A stretch of DNA of 56,922 nt, counting the filler, from Actinomycetota bacterium (GTDB lineage: Bacteria; Actinomycetota; Acidimicrobiia; Spongiisociales; UBA4744), in NCBI GenBank assembly GCA_013152275.1. It is 3 parts of 3 records of this genome, joined end to end, with 100 filler letters (N's around TTAATTAATTAA, not from the genome) between each part and the next. Parts side by side here need not be neighbours in the genome. Positions count along the whole stretch, not along the records: positions 30,981 to 44,690 come from JAADGS010000054.1; 2 more parts are not named here. One strand, given 5' to 3'. Made by a program: the position numbers and the translations under genes. Below the pieces are notes generated by a model, which saw only the letters and a list, made by a program, of their open reading frames with translations, did not search any database and was not told where the DNA came from. Below are positions 31,001 to 40,297 of this stretch, piece by piece (position 1 is the stretch's first letter; the number at the start of each line of letters is the position of its first letter).

Positions 31001-31801
31001 CTAGAAGTCGAACGGCGTGTCGGTGAAGAACTCCGATACCGGCTTCTCGGCGGGCTCCTCGACACGGGGCCGGATGCCGAGCCGTTCGCGTAGCACCTCG
31101 TAGCCTCCGGCCTCGAGCTCGTCGGCCAGCTCACGGCCACCGGACTCGACGATCCGCCCGGCCATCAGCACGTGGATCCGGTCCGGTGTCATGTACTCGA
31201 GGATCCGTGAGTAGTGGGTGATCAGCAGCACCGCCATGTCGGGACCGCGCATCTCCTCGACCGCAGCCGCGACTTCGCGCACCGCGTCGATGTCGAGACC
31301 CGAGTCGATCTCGTCGAGGATGGCAACGTGCGGGTGCAGCATCGCCATCTGGAAGATCTCCGAGCGCTTCTTCTCCCCACCCGACAGCCCGACGTTCACC
31401 GGACGGTCGAGAAACTGCGTCACCCCGTACTTCTCGGCGGTCTCCTCGATGATGCCGCTGCTCTCCTCGAAGTTCAGGCCGTGTTCGTCGCCCACCTCGA
31501 GCAGCAGCTCCCGTAGTCGGACACCGGGCACCTCGACCGGATCCTGAAAGGCCTGAAGCAGGCCCAGCTTGGCCCGTTCGTCGACCGGCTTGTCGAGCAG
31601 CTCGACACCGTCGAGTGTCGCCGAGCCCTCGACCTCGTAGCCTTCCTTGCCCGTGAGGACATGACTCAGCGTCGACTTGCCGGAACCGTTCGGTCCCATG
31701 ATCACGTGCAGCTCCCCGTAGGGAACCTCGAGGTCGATACCCTCGAGAATCTGCTTCTCGTCGATCGATGCCCGCACCCCGTCGACCTTCAAGCTGCTCA
31801 C
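31001..31801 (-). CDS. sufC: Fe-S cluster assembly ATPase SufC
   Basis: HVIMGPNGSGKSTL, AFQDPVEVPGV, VNVGLSGGEKKR, LDEIDSGLD, ITHY. Confidence 0.95.
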   Translation of the reverse strand: MSSLKVDGVRASIDEKQILEGIDLEVPYGELHVIMGPNGSGKSTLSHVLTGKEGYEVEGSATLDGVELLDKPVDERAKLGLLQAFQDPVEVPGVRLRELLLEVGDEHGLNFEESSGIIEETAEKYGVTQFLDRPVNVGLSGGEKKRSEIFQMAMLHPHVAILDEIDSGLDIDAVREVAAAVEEMRGPDMAVLLITHYSRILEYMTPDRIHVLMAGRIVESGGRELADELEAGGYEVLRERLGIRPRVEEPAEKPVSEFFTDTPFDF

Positions 31802-32118
31802 GATGTCTCCCCCACTCTCACCAGCACGCTGCCGTCTTCGACCTTCGTCTCGAAGACCGGAACCGGCACCGTCGCCGGGAGCGAGTGCGGAACCCCGGTT
31901 TCGAGACTGAACTCGGAACCGTGGCGGGGACATTCGACGTCGTGGTCGAATACCTCACCCTCGGACAGGGACGCCTGCGCGTGGCTGCACCGGTCACCGA
32001 TGGCATAGACATCGTCACCGATGCGGAACACGGCGATGATGTCGGACCCGATCTCGACGCGCACGCCCTGCCCTTGCGACAGGCCGTCCAATGCGCCGAT
32101 GTTCACCCAGTCCCCCAT
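31798..32118 (-). CDS. Rieske-type ferredoxin
   Basis: CSH...CPRH Rieske ligands; coupled to sufD and sufC. Confidence 0.93.
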   Translation of the reverse strand: MGDWVNIGALDGLSQGQGVRVEIGSDIIAVFRIGDDVYAIGDRCSHAQASLSEGEVFDHDVECPRHGSEFSLETGVPHSLPATVPVPVFETKVEDGSVLVRVGETS

Positions 32119-33395
32119 CACACCCGTCCTTCCTGCTGGGCGGTGACGAACCGCCGGTTGACCGCTACACGTGCCGGCACGGCGAGTTCGGGTTGTGGCA
32201 GCCGTTCGAACGCCTCTTCGAAGAAGCCGCGGATGAGCAGACGCGACGCACGTTCGCGACTCAACCCGCGGCTCATCAGGTAGTAGAGCGGCTCCTCGTC
32301 GAGTGGCCCGACCGTCGAGCCGTGGCCACAGATCACGTCGTCGCACAGGATCTCGAGGTTCGGCACCGAGTTCGCCCGTGCCCCCTCGGACAGCACGAGG
32401 TTGCGGTTCGTCTCGAACGCGCTCGTCTTCGCGGCGTCGTTCTCGATCCTGACCAACCCGGTGAACACCGATTCGGCGGTGTCCTGGACGGCCCCCTTGA
32501 GGAACACATCCGACGAGGTGCTCACGCCGACATGGTGCATGAGCAGGCGATAGTCGAGGATCTGGTGATGCTCACCGTAGAAGGCTCCGACGAGGTCGGT
32601 GTGTGCCCCTTCCCCGGTGAGTTCGAAGTCGAGGTCGAGACGTCCCAACGAGCCGCCGAGGCCGACCTCGCCGAGCTTGGCCGTCGTGTCGCGACCCATG
32701 GCGACCCGCTCGTGGATGATCGATCGCGTCTCGTTGCCGAAGCGCTGGTAGGTGGAGAGTTTCAGGCGTCCTGCGTCGCGGACGAACGCTTCGATCTGCG
32801 GGTTGACGACCATGCGCTCACCGTCGGGTGAGCGGAAGCCGATCACGATCGAGGCCTCTGCGTCGCACTCCACGACGATCGTGATGTGCGGGAATGAGAC
32901 CGCCCCTCCCCGGGTGGCCTGAACGTCGACGTAGAACGGGCGCTCGATGACGCGCCCGGCGGGCACGTACAGGAAGACGCCGTCGCGCACGAACGCGTGG
33001 TGCGCGGCCGAGAAGATGTCGGCGCCGACGTCGACACCGGTGCCGAACACGTCACGCAGCTCGTTCGTCCCGTCATCGGTCCCCGCGACCAGCGAGGTGA
33101 AGATGGCGTCGTCGCAGTGGCCGGCCGTTGCGTACCCGTCGAGGATCATGGCGTGTCCCGCGAGATCACCGAGGGCCGCCGCGACCTCATCCGGTTCGCT
33201 CATCGGGGTCCCCCGCTCGGCCAGGCCGAAATCGGCCAGGGCAAAGTCGAGATCCACGTAGCGCCACGCCTCTTCCTTCGACGTGGGCATCGTCAGCTTC
33301 TCGAACTGCTCGAATCCACGGGATCGGTGCTCTCGAACCCAGTCGGGAGCGGTCGCGTCGAGTCGGTCGACGGTGTCTTGGTCAAGTAGCTGCAT
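32118..33395 (-). CDS. sufD: Fe-S cluster assembly protein SufD
   Basis: EAWRY, FKGA-like FLKGA, NRNLVLS, PNLEI..DDVICGHG, YYLMSRGL, RGFF; AGAGGAG RBS. Confidence 0.9.
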   Translation of the reverse strand: MQLLDQDTVDRLDATAPDWVREHRSRGFEQFEKLTMPTSKEEAWRYVDLDFALADFGLAERGTPMSEPDEVAAALGDLAGHAMILDGYATAGHCDDAIFTSLVAGTDDGTNELRDVFGTGVDVGADIFSAAHHAFVRDGVFLYVPAGRVIERPFYVDVQATRGGAVSFPHITIVVECDAEASIVIGFRSPDGERMVVNPQIEAFVRDAGRLKLSTYQRFGNETRSIIHERVAMGRDTTAKLGEVGLGGSLGRLDLDFELTGEGAHTDLVGAFYGEHHQILDYRLLMHHVGVSTSSDVFLKGAVQDTAESVFTGLVRIENDAAKTSAFETNRNLVLSEGARANSVPNLEILCDDVICGHGSTVGPLDEEPLYYLMSRGLSRERASRLLIRGFFEEAFERLPQPELAVPARVAVNRRFVTAQQEGRV

Positions 33396-33444
33396 CGGCT
33401 CCTCTCGAAGAGACATCCTATTACCACTGCGGAGACAGGTGAAA

Positions 33445-34137
33445 CTACCGGGGCGGATGATCCAGGAGATCCCCGACCCGGGTGAACACGTCGTCGAGCA
33501 TCGCCTCGGTGAGCCGCCCGGTGAACGTGTTCTGCTGACTCGGGTGGTAGCTCGCAACGACGGTAACCCCGGATCCGACATCGACCTGCACGCCGTGGCC
33601 GAATCGGGGCCGAGGCCTGGGGATCGGCGCCCCGCGCCCGGCGTAGATTCGCAGCACCTGGGCGAATGCCATCCCACCGAGAGCGACAACGACCTCGAGG
33701 TGCTCGAGCATGTCGATCTCGGCCTCCAGCCACGGGCGGCAGGCTTCCCGCTCCTCGGCCGTGGGCTTGTTGGCCGGGGGGGCGCAGCGCACGATCGCAC
33801 TCACGAACGCGTCGGTGAGCGAGAGGCCGTCGTGGCGGTCCGTCGACGCCGGCCGGTTGGCGAATCCTGCGCGATGCAGTGCCCGGTACAGCCAATCTCC
33901 CGATCGGTCTCCGGTAAACATGCGGCCCGTTCGATTCGCACCGTGCGCCGCCGGGGCGAGGCCGACGATCAGCAGCCGGGCGCCGGGGTCTCCGAACCCG
34001 GGAACGGGCCTCCCCCAGTACTCCTCGTCACGGAACGCCGCCCGCTTCTCGGCGGCGACCCGTTCACGCCATTCGACGAGCCGAGCACAGCGTCGGCATT
34101 CGGTGATCTCCGCCTCGAGGGTCTCCAGCGCATCCAT
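33445..34137 (-). CDS. udgB: Family 5 uracil-DNA glycosylase (4Fe-4S)
   Basis: [44 protein letters not shown]. Confidence 0.93.
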   Translation of the reverse strand: MDALETLEAEITECRRCARLVEWRERVAAEKRAAFRDEEYWGRPVPGFGDPGARLLIVGLAPAAHGANRTGRMFTGDRSGDWLYRALHRAGFANRPASTDRHDGLSLTDAFVSAIVRCAPPANKPTAEEREACRPWLEAEIDMLEHLEVVVALGGMAFAQVLRIYAGRGAPIPRPRPRFGHGVQVDVGSGVTVVASYHPSQQNTFTGRLTEAMLDDVFTRVGDLLDHPPR

Positions 34138-34178
34138 TGCCGGCAAGGGTAGGGGGTGGCTCCGGCTCCGCCACCTCG

Positions 34179-34338
34179 GGAACACCCCCATCGCCTCGAA
34201 GACTCGGCACTTCCCCCTGAGACCGCCGGAACACCCCCATCGACCTCGGCTCGTTCCTCACCTCGGCCACTTCCCCCTGAGGGGGAAGCAAAGAGAAGAA
34301 CGACCCCACTTCTTGCTTCCCCTGGCAGGGGAAGGGGG
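34179..34338. repeat. Cluster of REP-like palindromic units (CACCCCCATCG...CCCCCTGAGGGGGAAG family)
   Basis: Two GGAACACCCCCATCG...CACTTCCCCCTGAG units plus an inverted partial; 23-bp identity with 37906-37928. Confidence 0.8.
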
Positions 34339-34343
34339 CGCCC

Positions 34344-35606
34344 TCATCGATCGTCGGCGGCCAGCAGATGGCTCCGCCCGAACGTCCACGGCCGCTCGGG
34401 GGTGGTAAGGAGGAGCTGATAGACGGATATGCCGGCCATCTCGAAGCCGATGGCCGAACCGGCCATGTAGACGCGCCAGATCCGGTAGGTGGTCTCGTCG
34501 GCCGCCTCCACAGCGGCCTCACGGTTGGCCTCGAGATTGTGGATCCAGTGTCGCAGGGTGAGGGCGTAGGACGTGCGCAGCGACTCGGCGTCGCGAAGCT
34601 CGAACCCGGCACCCTCGGCCTCGGCGATGACGTCGTCCACCGTGACCAGCTCACTGTCCGGGAAGACATAGGTGTCGATGAAGCTGGGCTTGGCCCTGCG
34701 GCGCCGCCGGCGATCTCGGGTCACGATGCCATGGTTCAGCAACGCCCCACCCGGTTTGAGCATGTCCCGGACCCTGGCGAAGTACGTGGCGAGTTGTTTC
34801 TTGCCGACATGCTCGAACATCCCGACCGACGCGATCGCGTCGAATCGTCCCTTGACGTCGCGATAGTCCAGGACCTCGAAGGTGACCCGATCGTCCACAC
34901 CGGCTTCCTTGGCAGCCGCAGTCGCCAGATCGACCTGCGGCCGGGAGAGCGTCACCCCGAGAACGTCGACGCCGTAGTGCCGGGCGGCGTGGATCGCCAG
35001 GGTGCCCCAGCCGCACCCGATGTCGAGCAGGCGCTGCCCGGACCGAAGCTGCAGCTTGCGACAGATCAGGTCGATCTTGCGCCGCTGCGCGGTTTCGAGT
35101 GGCTCGTCGGGATCGAGGAACGCACCCGACGAGTACACCATCCCGGGATCGAGGAACTGGCGGAAGAAGTCGTTGCCGGTGTCGTAATGGGCGGTAACCG
35201 AGGCGTTGTCCCGCCTCTTGGAGTGCAGCCGCCCCTTTCGCTCCGGGCGGGTGTGTGCGCTGCGCCGGTTCTCCGCTGGGAGCCTGCGCAGGTACCGGAG
35301 CAGCCGGAACGAGGCGAGAGGCCGCCGGCGCGCCGACTCGAAGCGGGTCGCGAACCGCAGCACTTCGAGGATGTCGCCTTCGATGTCGATGTCGCCGTAT
35401 ATGTATGCCTCGCCTGCCGTCAGATCGCTGGGTGGCAGCAGCAGGGCACGCAGGGCTCCCGGATGGTTGAGCACGATGGTGGCCGCGGCATCTCTCGGTC
35501 CCCACACGTCCCCGTTCCAGGTCCGTATGGCGACGGTCGGCTCTCCGACCATCGCCGCCAGCCGTTCGTACACCAACCGTGAAGTGGCCAACGCGTCGCC
35601 CATCAT
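34344..35606 (-). CDS. cfa: Cyclopropane-fatty-acyl-phospholipid synthase family methyltransferase
   Basis: GEAYI.G, HYDTGNDFF, MVYSS, LLDIGCGWG, SVGMFEHVG, FIDTYVFP, YALTLRHW, RIWRVYM. Confidence 0.93.
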   Translation of the reverse strand: MMGDALATSRLVYERLAAMVGEPTVAIRTWNGDVWGPRDAAATIVLNHPGALRALLLPPSDLTAGEAYIYGDIDIEGDILEVLRFATRFESARRRPLASFRLLRYLRRLPAENRRSAHTRPERKGRLHSKRRDNASVTAHYDTGNDFFRQFLDPGMVYSSGAFLDPDEPLETAQRRKIDLICRKLQLRSGQRLLDIGCGWGTLAIHAARHYGVDVLGVTLSRPQVDLATAAAKEAGVDDRVTFEVLDYRDVKGRFDAIASVGMFEHVGKKQLATYFARVRDMLKPGGALLNHGIVTRDRRRRRRAKPSFIDTYVFPDSELVTVDDVIAEAEGAGFELRDAESLRTSYALTLRHWIHNLEANREAAVEAADETTYRIWRVYMAGSAIGFEMAGISVYQLLLTTPERPWTFGRSHLLAADDR

Positions 35607-36712
35607 GACTCCTTTCGCCGTCGATCTCGATCGCCGCCACCCCGTCGCACCGGTTCGTCCGGGAGATCCACGGTCGACCGTGCTGCGAGCAGCCCTCTCT
35701 CAACATATCCGAATTCGGGGACGCCGGAGCCTTCTTCTTGCATGTCCCATGGTCCCGAGTCGATCCGCCCGTCGGATTCGACGTCGGCGGAGGGAGCCCC
35801 TGCGAGCCGGCCTGCGGCGCCGATCAGCCCGGCGCACCCGGTCGGGTCGCGCAGCCAGGGGTGATGGTCGACACCGGCCAGCTCGATCAACCGCCGGTGT
35901 GGCCGCCCATCGGCCAGACGCCGGATGGCGTCGATCGGGGCGGTCGTGTCGTCGGTGCCATGAATGAACACGACCGGGAGGTCCTCGGGGAGCGCGTCGA
36001 GATCGAGGGTGATGTCGCGTCGGTACAGGACGTTCCACAGTGAGGTCGTCGACGACATGAAGTTGTGCTCGACGAGGTCGCGGGCCACCTCACGGGGCAC
36101 GTCGCGCAGGAGCAGCGGGAGGATCGGTCCGAGGAGGCGTCGTGTTGCCACGCACACCGCGGCGGTGAGCACCATGTTGGTGAGGAACCAGCCTCTGAGC
36201 CTCCGCCGGCGCCAATGGGCCGCACCCTTGGGCCCTCCATAGGAGGGAAGACTGATGAGCACCAGCGCGGTGACGTCGCCCGGGTGCCTGGCGGCGTAGG
36301 CGAGTGCGAGGGCTGCACCGAGCGAATGGCCCACCAGCACCGACGGCGCCCGGGATGCCAACACCGGCTCCAGCGCCGCGAGGTGGGTCTCGAGTGTGTA
36401 GCGGATGAGGGGGCGGGGCGACCGCCCGAAGCCGAGAAGGTCGACCAGGCTCGAACCCGGCGGGAGATGAGCTTCGCCGCCGGCCGCGGTCCAGTACACC
36501 TGTGTGCCGCCAAGACCGTGGAGGAACACGAACGACCGGGGCCCGCTCGCCTTCCGATCACCGTTGCGCCCGACGGCATGCACGAACAGCTCGGCCGCGT
36601 TGCGGGAGCGCCTGCGTGTGCTCCGCGCCGACTCGGTTCGAGGCAGAGGGGCGAGCGACCCGACGCGGTTGCGTCGCAGGGTCGCCGGTGCGCGACGTCT
36701 GGCATCGATCAT
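35603..36712 (-). CDS. Alpha/beta fold hydrolase
   Basis: FLHGLGG, DLLGFGRS, GHSLG nucleophile elbow, HGTDD, DHHP; start uncertain. Confidence 0.88.
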   Translation of the reverse strand: MIDARRRAPATLRRNRVGSLAPLPRTESARSTRRRSRNAAELFVHAVGRNGDRKASGPRSFVFLHGLGGTQVYWTAAGGEAHLPPGSSLVDLLGFGRSPRPLIRYTLETHLAALEPVLASRAPSVLVGHSLGAALALAYAARHPGDVTALVLISLPSYGGPKGAAHWRRRRLRGWFLTNMVLTAAVCVATRRLLGPILPLLLRDVPREVARDLVEHNFMSSTTSLWNVLYRRDITLDLDALPEDLPVVFIHGTDDTTAPIDAIRRLADGRPHRRLIELAGVDHHPWLRDPTGCAGLIGAAGRLAGAPSADVESDGRIDSGPWDMQEEGSGVPEFGYVERGLLAARSTVDLPDEPVRRGGGDRDRRRKES

Positions 36713-36775
36713 GCCGTCCGGGCCCCCGGCAGATACCCGAGCCGTCTGTCCATCGTCATCGCACGCCGCCTTCTC

Positions 36776-37003
36776 TCAACCCTGGGGGACGTTGGTGTTG
36801 TCGCCGGCATCATCACCCCGGGTCGGGTGACCCCGGACCCGTGGGAATCGGAGTGGACTGTGCTGGAAACACGTGTCATTGCGGTTGTAGGTGCTGAGGC
36901 GTGTCGAGCAGTTCGGCTCGGAACAGATCCTCTCGGCGGAGAATCGCCTCGGGGCTCGACCTCGGGGGCGAACCTTGCTGCCGGTCATGGCCGATTGGCT
37001 CAT
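36776..37003 (-). CDS. Small basic protein with CX4C...CX2H motif
   Basis: 75 aa, RICSEPNCSTRLSTYNRNDTCFQH; CAGGAG RBS; directly behind a MerR-type promoter. Confidence 0.75.
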   Translation of the reverse strand: MSQSAMTGSKVRPRGRAPRRFSAERICSEPNCSTRLSTYNRNDTCFQHSPLRFPRVRGHPTRGDDAGDNTNVPQG

Positions 37004-37046
37004 CGTTCTCAGATCTCCTGCGTGATGTTCTTGTACTTCGAATACC

Positions 37047-37078
37047 ATCGTAAGCCTTCTAGTCGACTGGAATGTCAA
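37047..37078 (-). promoter_or_regulatory. MerR-family-type promoter/operator 4
   Basis: Minus strand TTGACA-ttccagtcgactagaaggct (20 bp)-TACGAT, with dyad in the spacer. Confidence 0.85.
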
Positions 37079-37171
37079 GAGGGTACTGCCAGGCCGCGAA
37101 GCTCATGAACCACACGGCCGGAATCGTGACTCACAGAGCCGTCAGGCTCCGATCGGTCGGCAGAAACGAGT

Positions 37172-37204
37172 GCGGGGCCGGCGGACATGATCCGCCGGCC
37201 CCGC
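37172..37204 (-). terminator. Hairpin downstream of the SPW gene
   Basis: Perfect 14-bp stem GCGGGGCCGGCGGA/TCCGCCGGCCCCGC. Confidence 0.7.
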
Positions 37205-37263
37205 CGTGCCGAGGAGGGAGGGACCCGGCCGTCGATGGGCCGTATGGCCGGGATTCCTCGGCT

Positions 37264-37701
37264 TCAGTGAGAGCCTTGCGCCAGATGATGGTCGTCCATC
37301 TGGTGGCCCTCCATCTGGTGGCCTTCCATCTGATGCGCGTCCATCACACCGGTTTGCTTCCCGGGTGTCGAGGCTTGTGCTGCGATCACCCATGCGGCAA
37401 GGCCGACGACTCCTACAGCCACCAGCCAGGCGTTCCACGCTGCTGCTGCCAGCCCGGTGAATCCGAGCAGCCACGCCGCAACGAACAGCCAGGCTCCGTA
37501 GAGGACCTGGAGCCACCCGGTCCACTTGTCGGCCGGCCTGGTGAGCGCCCACCAGGCGGTCCCGGTTACGAGGACACCCAGCGTCCACGCGTTCCACGAG
37601 GAGCCGGTGTCGGAACTGGTTCCCAACGCCCAGGGAGCGACGAACAGCCAGATGCCGCCGAGGAGCAGGATCCAGTCCTGCCAACGCTTCTTCGAGGTCA
37701 T
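37264..37701 (-). CDS. SPW-repeat membrane protein with His/Met-rich C-terminal tail
   Basis: WQDW..LLGGIWLFVAPWALG, WNAW, GAWLFVAAWLLGF; tail MDAHQMEGHQMEGHQMDDHH; GGAAAGGAGG RBS. Confidence 0.88.
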   Translation of the reverse strand: MTSKKRWQDWILLLGGIWLFVAPWALGTSSDTGSSWNAWTLGVLVTGTAWWALTRPADKWTGWLQVLYGAWLFVAAWLLGFTGLAAAAWNAWLVAVGVVGLAAWVIAAQASTPGKQTGVMDAHQMEGHQMEGHQMDDHHLAQGSH

Positions 37702-37740
37702 GGTGCACCTCCTTTCCTGTTGCACTCGCTGTGCACCACC

Positions 37741-37772
37741 ATCGTAAGCCTTCTAGTCGACTGGAATGTCAA
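37741..37772 (-). promoter_or_regulatory. MerR-family-type promoter/operator 3
   Basis: Identical to 37047-37078: TTGACA-20 bp dyad-TACGAT. Confidence 0.85.
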
Positions 37773-37820
37773 GGGGGTAGAGAGAGGTTTCACAAAGAAA
37801 TATCGAGGCCACCGCCCAAG

Positions 37821-37950
37821 CACCCCCTCAGGCCGTGCCGGGACACCTCCGGCACCCCCTCCGTCGGCTCCCAGAGCCTCGAGGACACCTCCCCTGAGGC
37901 CGTGCCACCCCCATCGCCTCGAAGACTCAGACCCCCTGAGGGGGAAGAAA
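37821..37950. repeat. REP-like palindromic cluster, same family as 34179-34338
   Basis: CACCCCCATCGCCTCGAAGACTC and CCCCCTGAGGGGGAAG shared; internal GGCCGTGCC and GGACACCTCC repeats. Confidence 0.75.
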
Positions 37951-37966
37951 CGACGTGGCTCTGGGC

Positions 37967-40297
37967 TCACCCTGCGGGCGCTTCAGATCGATCGGTGCTC
38001 GGAAGGCGGAGCCCCTTGAGGAGCAGCGCGTTGGTGGCGACGATGAAGCTGGAACCGGACATGGACAGCGCCGCCCACTCGGGTCGCAGGACCCATCCGA
38101 GAGACGGCTCGAGAAGACCGGCGGCGATAGGCAGGGCGATGACGTTGTATCCGATGGCCCAGGCGAGGTTCTGGCGCATCTTGCGGACGGTGCCGCGTCC
38201 GATCCGAACGGCGACGGGGACGTCGAGGGGATCCGAGCGCATGAGAACCAGGTCGGCGGTCTCGATCGCCACGTCGGTGCCGGCACCGATCGCGATCCCG
38301 AGGTCTGCCTTCGCCAGCGCCGGTGCGTCGTTGACGCCGTCCCCGACCATGGCCACCTTCTTGCCCTGTGCCTGCAGTTCGGCGACCTTGTTGGCCTTGT
38401 CTTCGGGAAGGACTTCGGCGATGACCGTGTCGATACCGAGCTGGGAGGCGATCCGGTCTGCGGTCGCCTGGTTGTCGCCGGTCAACATGACCACCTCGAT
38501 GTCGAGCGCGTGCAGGTCACGGACCGCCTGCGCGGACGTCTCTCTGGCGGCGTCGGCGATTCCGATGACCGCCACGGCTGTCCCGTCGACGGCGGCGAGA
38601 ACGGCGGTGCGTCCACCGGCGGCGATCTCGGCTCGCCGCTCGGCCAGGTTGCCCAACTGCACGGCTTCACGCTCCATCAGGCGGCTGTTGCCGACGACGA
38701 CCCTCCGACCCTCGACGGTGGCGATGGCACCGTGCCCGGGGACGTTCTCGAACGCCTCGGCTCTCGCCGGTTCGACACCCCGGCCGTTTGCGTAACGGAC
38801 GACGGCTTCGGCGAGCGGATGCTCGGACTCCTTCTCCACTGCGGCGACGAGACGCAGCACGCCGTCGGGGTCTCCGTCCGTGACGAAGTCGGTGATCTCC
38901 GGTTCGCCCTTGGTGAGCGTGCCGGTCTTGTCCATCACGACGGTGTCGATGCGGGCGGAGGTCTCCAGCGCGGTGGCGTTCTTGAACAGGACGCCGTGGC
39001 CGGCGCCGAGCCCGGTCCCGACCATCACTGCGGTCGGCGTGGCCAGCCCCAGGGCGTCGGGGCAGGTGATCACGACGACGGTGATCGCGAACAGCAGTGC
39101 CGTCGTGAACGCCGCGCCGGCCAGGCTCCAGCCGATCAGCGTGAGCGCGCCGCCGATGAGGGCCACGAATACCAGCCAGAACGCGGCCCGGTCGGCGAGC
39201 CGCTGACCGGGCGCCTTCGAGTTCTGCGCCTCCTGGACGAGCTTGACGATCTGGGCGAGGGCGGTTTCGGATCCGACCCTGGTAGCTCGCACCCGGAGGG
39301 TCCCATTGGTGTTGATGGTGGCTCCGACGACGTCACTCCCCACCTCTTTGTGGACGGGGAGGCTCTCGCCGGTCACCATCGACTCGTCGACGTCGGACTC
39401 GCCATCCTCGACGACGCCGTCGACGGGGATCCGGGCGCCGGGACGCACCAGCAGAAGGTCGCCGACGACGATCTCCGACGTGGGAACCTCGAGTTCCTCA
39501 CCGTCGCGAAGCACTACCGCCATGGCAGGGGCCAGGTTCATCAGCGTTCGGATCGCGTCGTTGGCCCCTCCCCTGGCTCGCATCTCGAACCAGTGGCCCA
39601 GCAGCACGAACACCGCCAGCATCACTGCCGCCTCGTAGAACACCTCGCCGCCGCCGGTGAGAGTGACCACCAGCGAGTAGAGCCATCCGGCGCCGATACC
39701 GACCGACACCAACACCATCATGTCCAGCGTGCGGCGGCGCAGCGCAGCGATGGCGCCTTCGAAGAAGATCCATGCCGACCAGAAGATCACCGGCAGGCTG
39801 AGCAGCAGCTCGAACACGTCGTTGCGCAACCCGAACGGGGTCCCGACGTTGAAGCCGAGCACGTCGCGGCCCAGCGAGGACCACAAGACGATCGGGATGG
39901 AGAAGATCAGCGCCACCAGGAATCGGTTGCGCATGTCCCGGACCATCACATCCATCGACATCTCGCCGTGGCTGCCGTGGCCCATGACTGCGTGCGGGGA
40001 CCGATCCTCGTCGGATTCGGCCTCCGGAGGCTCGACGTAGCAGACGTGTTCGGGGACCGATTCGCCGGCGCAGTGATAGCCGCATTCGATCACCCGCTCT
40101 CGCAGCTCGTCGGCGCCCGTAACCGTCGGGTCGAAGGTCACCGTCGCCGTCTGGGACACCGGGTTGGCGTCCACCGAGAGCACACCGGGCAACCTGGCCA
40201 AGTGGGACTCCACTTTGTTTTTCTCGGAGGCGAACTGCATCCCCCCGACCTGAAGCGTCACCGTCTCGTGACCAGATGAAGTGTGTGTCGTCGTCAT
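37967..40297 (-). CDS. copA: Copper-type P1B heavy-metal ATPase
   Basis: [33 protein letters not shown]7 YN and TM8 MSGSS Cu-type ligands. Confidence 0.9.
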   Translation of the reverse strand: MTTTHTSSGHETVTLQVGGMQFASEKNKVESHLARLPGVLSVDANPVSQTATVTFDPTVTGADELRERVIECGYHCAGESVPEHVCYVEPPEAESDEDRSPHAVMGHGSHGEMSMDVMVRDMRNRFLVALIFSIPIVLWSSLGRDVLGFNVGTPFGLRNDVFELLLSLPVIFWSAWIFFEGAIAALRRRTLDMMVLVSVGIGAGWLYSLVVTLTGGGEVFYEAAVMLAVFVLLGHWFEMRARGGANDAIRTLMNLAPAMAVVLRDGEELEVPTSEIVVGDLLLVRPGARIPVDGVVEDGESDVDESMVTGESLPVHKEVGSDVVGATINTNGTLRVRATRVGSETALAQIVKLVQEAQNSKAPGQRLADRAAFWLVFVALIGGALTLIGWSLAGAAFTTALLFAITVVVITCPDALGLATPTAVMVGTGLGAGHGVLFKNATALETSARIDTVVMDKTGTLTKGEPEITDFVTDGDPDGVLRLVAAVEKESEHPLAEAVVRYANGRGVEPARAEAFENVPGHGAIATVEGRRVVVGNSRLMEREAVQLGNLAERRAEIAAGGRTAVLAAVDGTAVAVIGIADAARETSAQAVRDLHALDIEVVMLTGDNQATADRIASQLGIDTVIAEVLPEDKANKVAELQAQGKKVAMVGDGVNDAPALAKADLGIAIGAGTDVAIETADLVLMRSDPLDVPVAVRIGRGTVRKMRQNLAWAIGYNVIALPIAAGLLEPSLGWVLRPEWAALSMSGSSFIVATNALLLKGLRLPSTDRSEAPAG

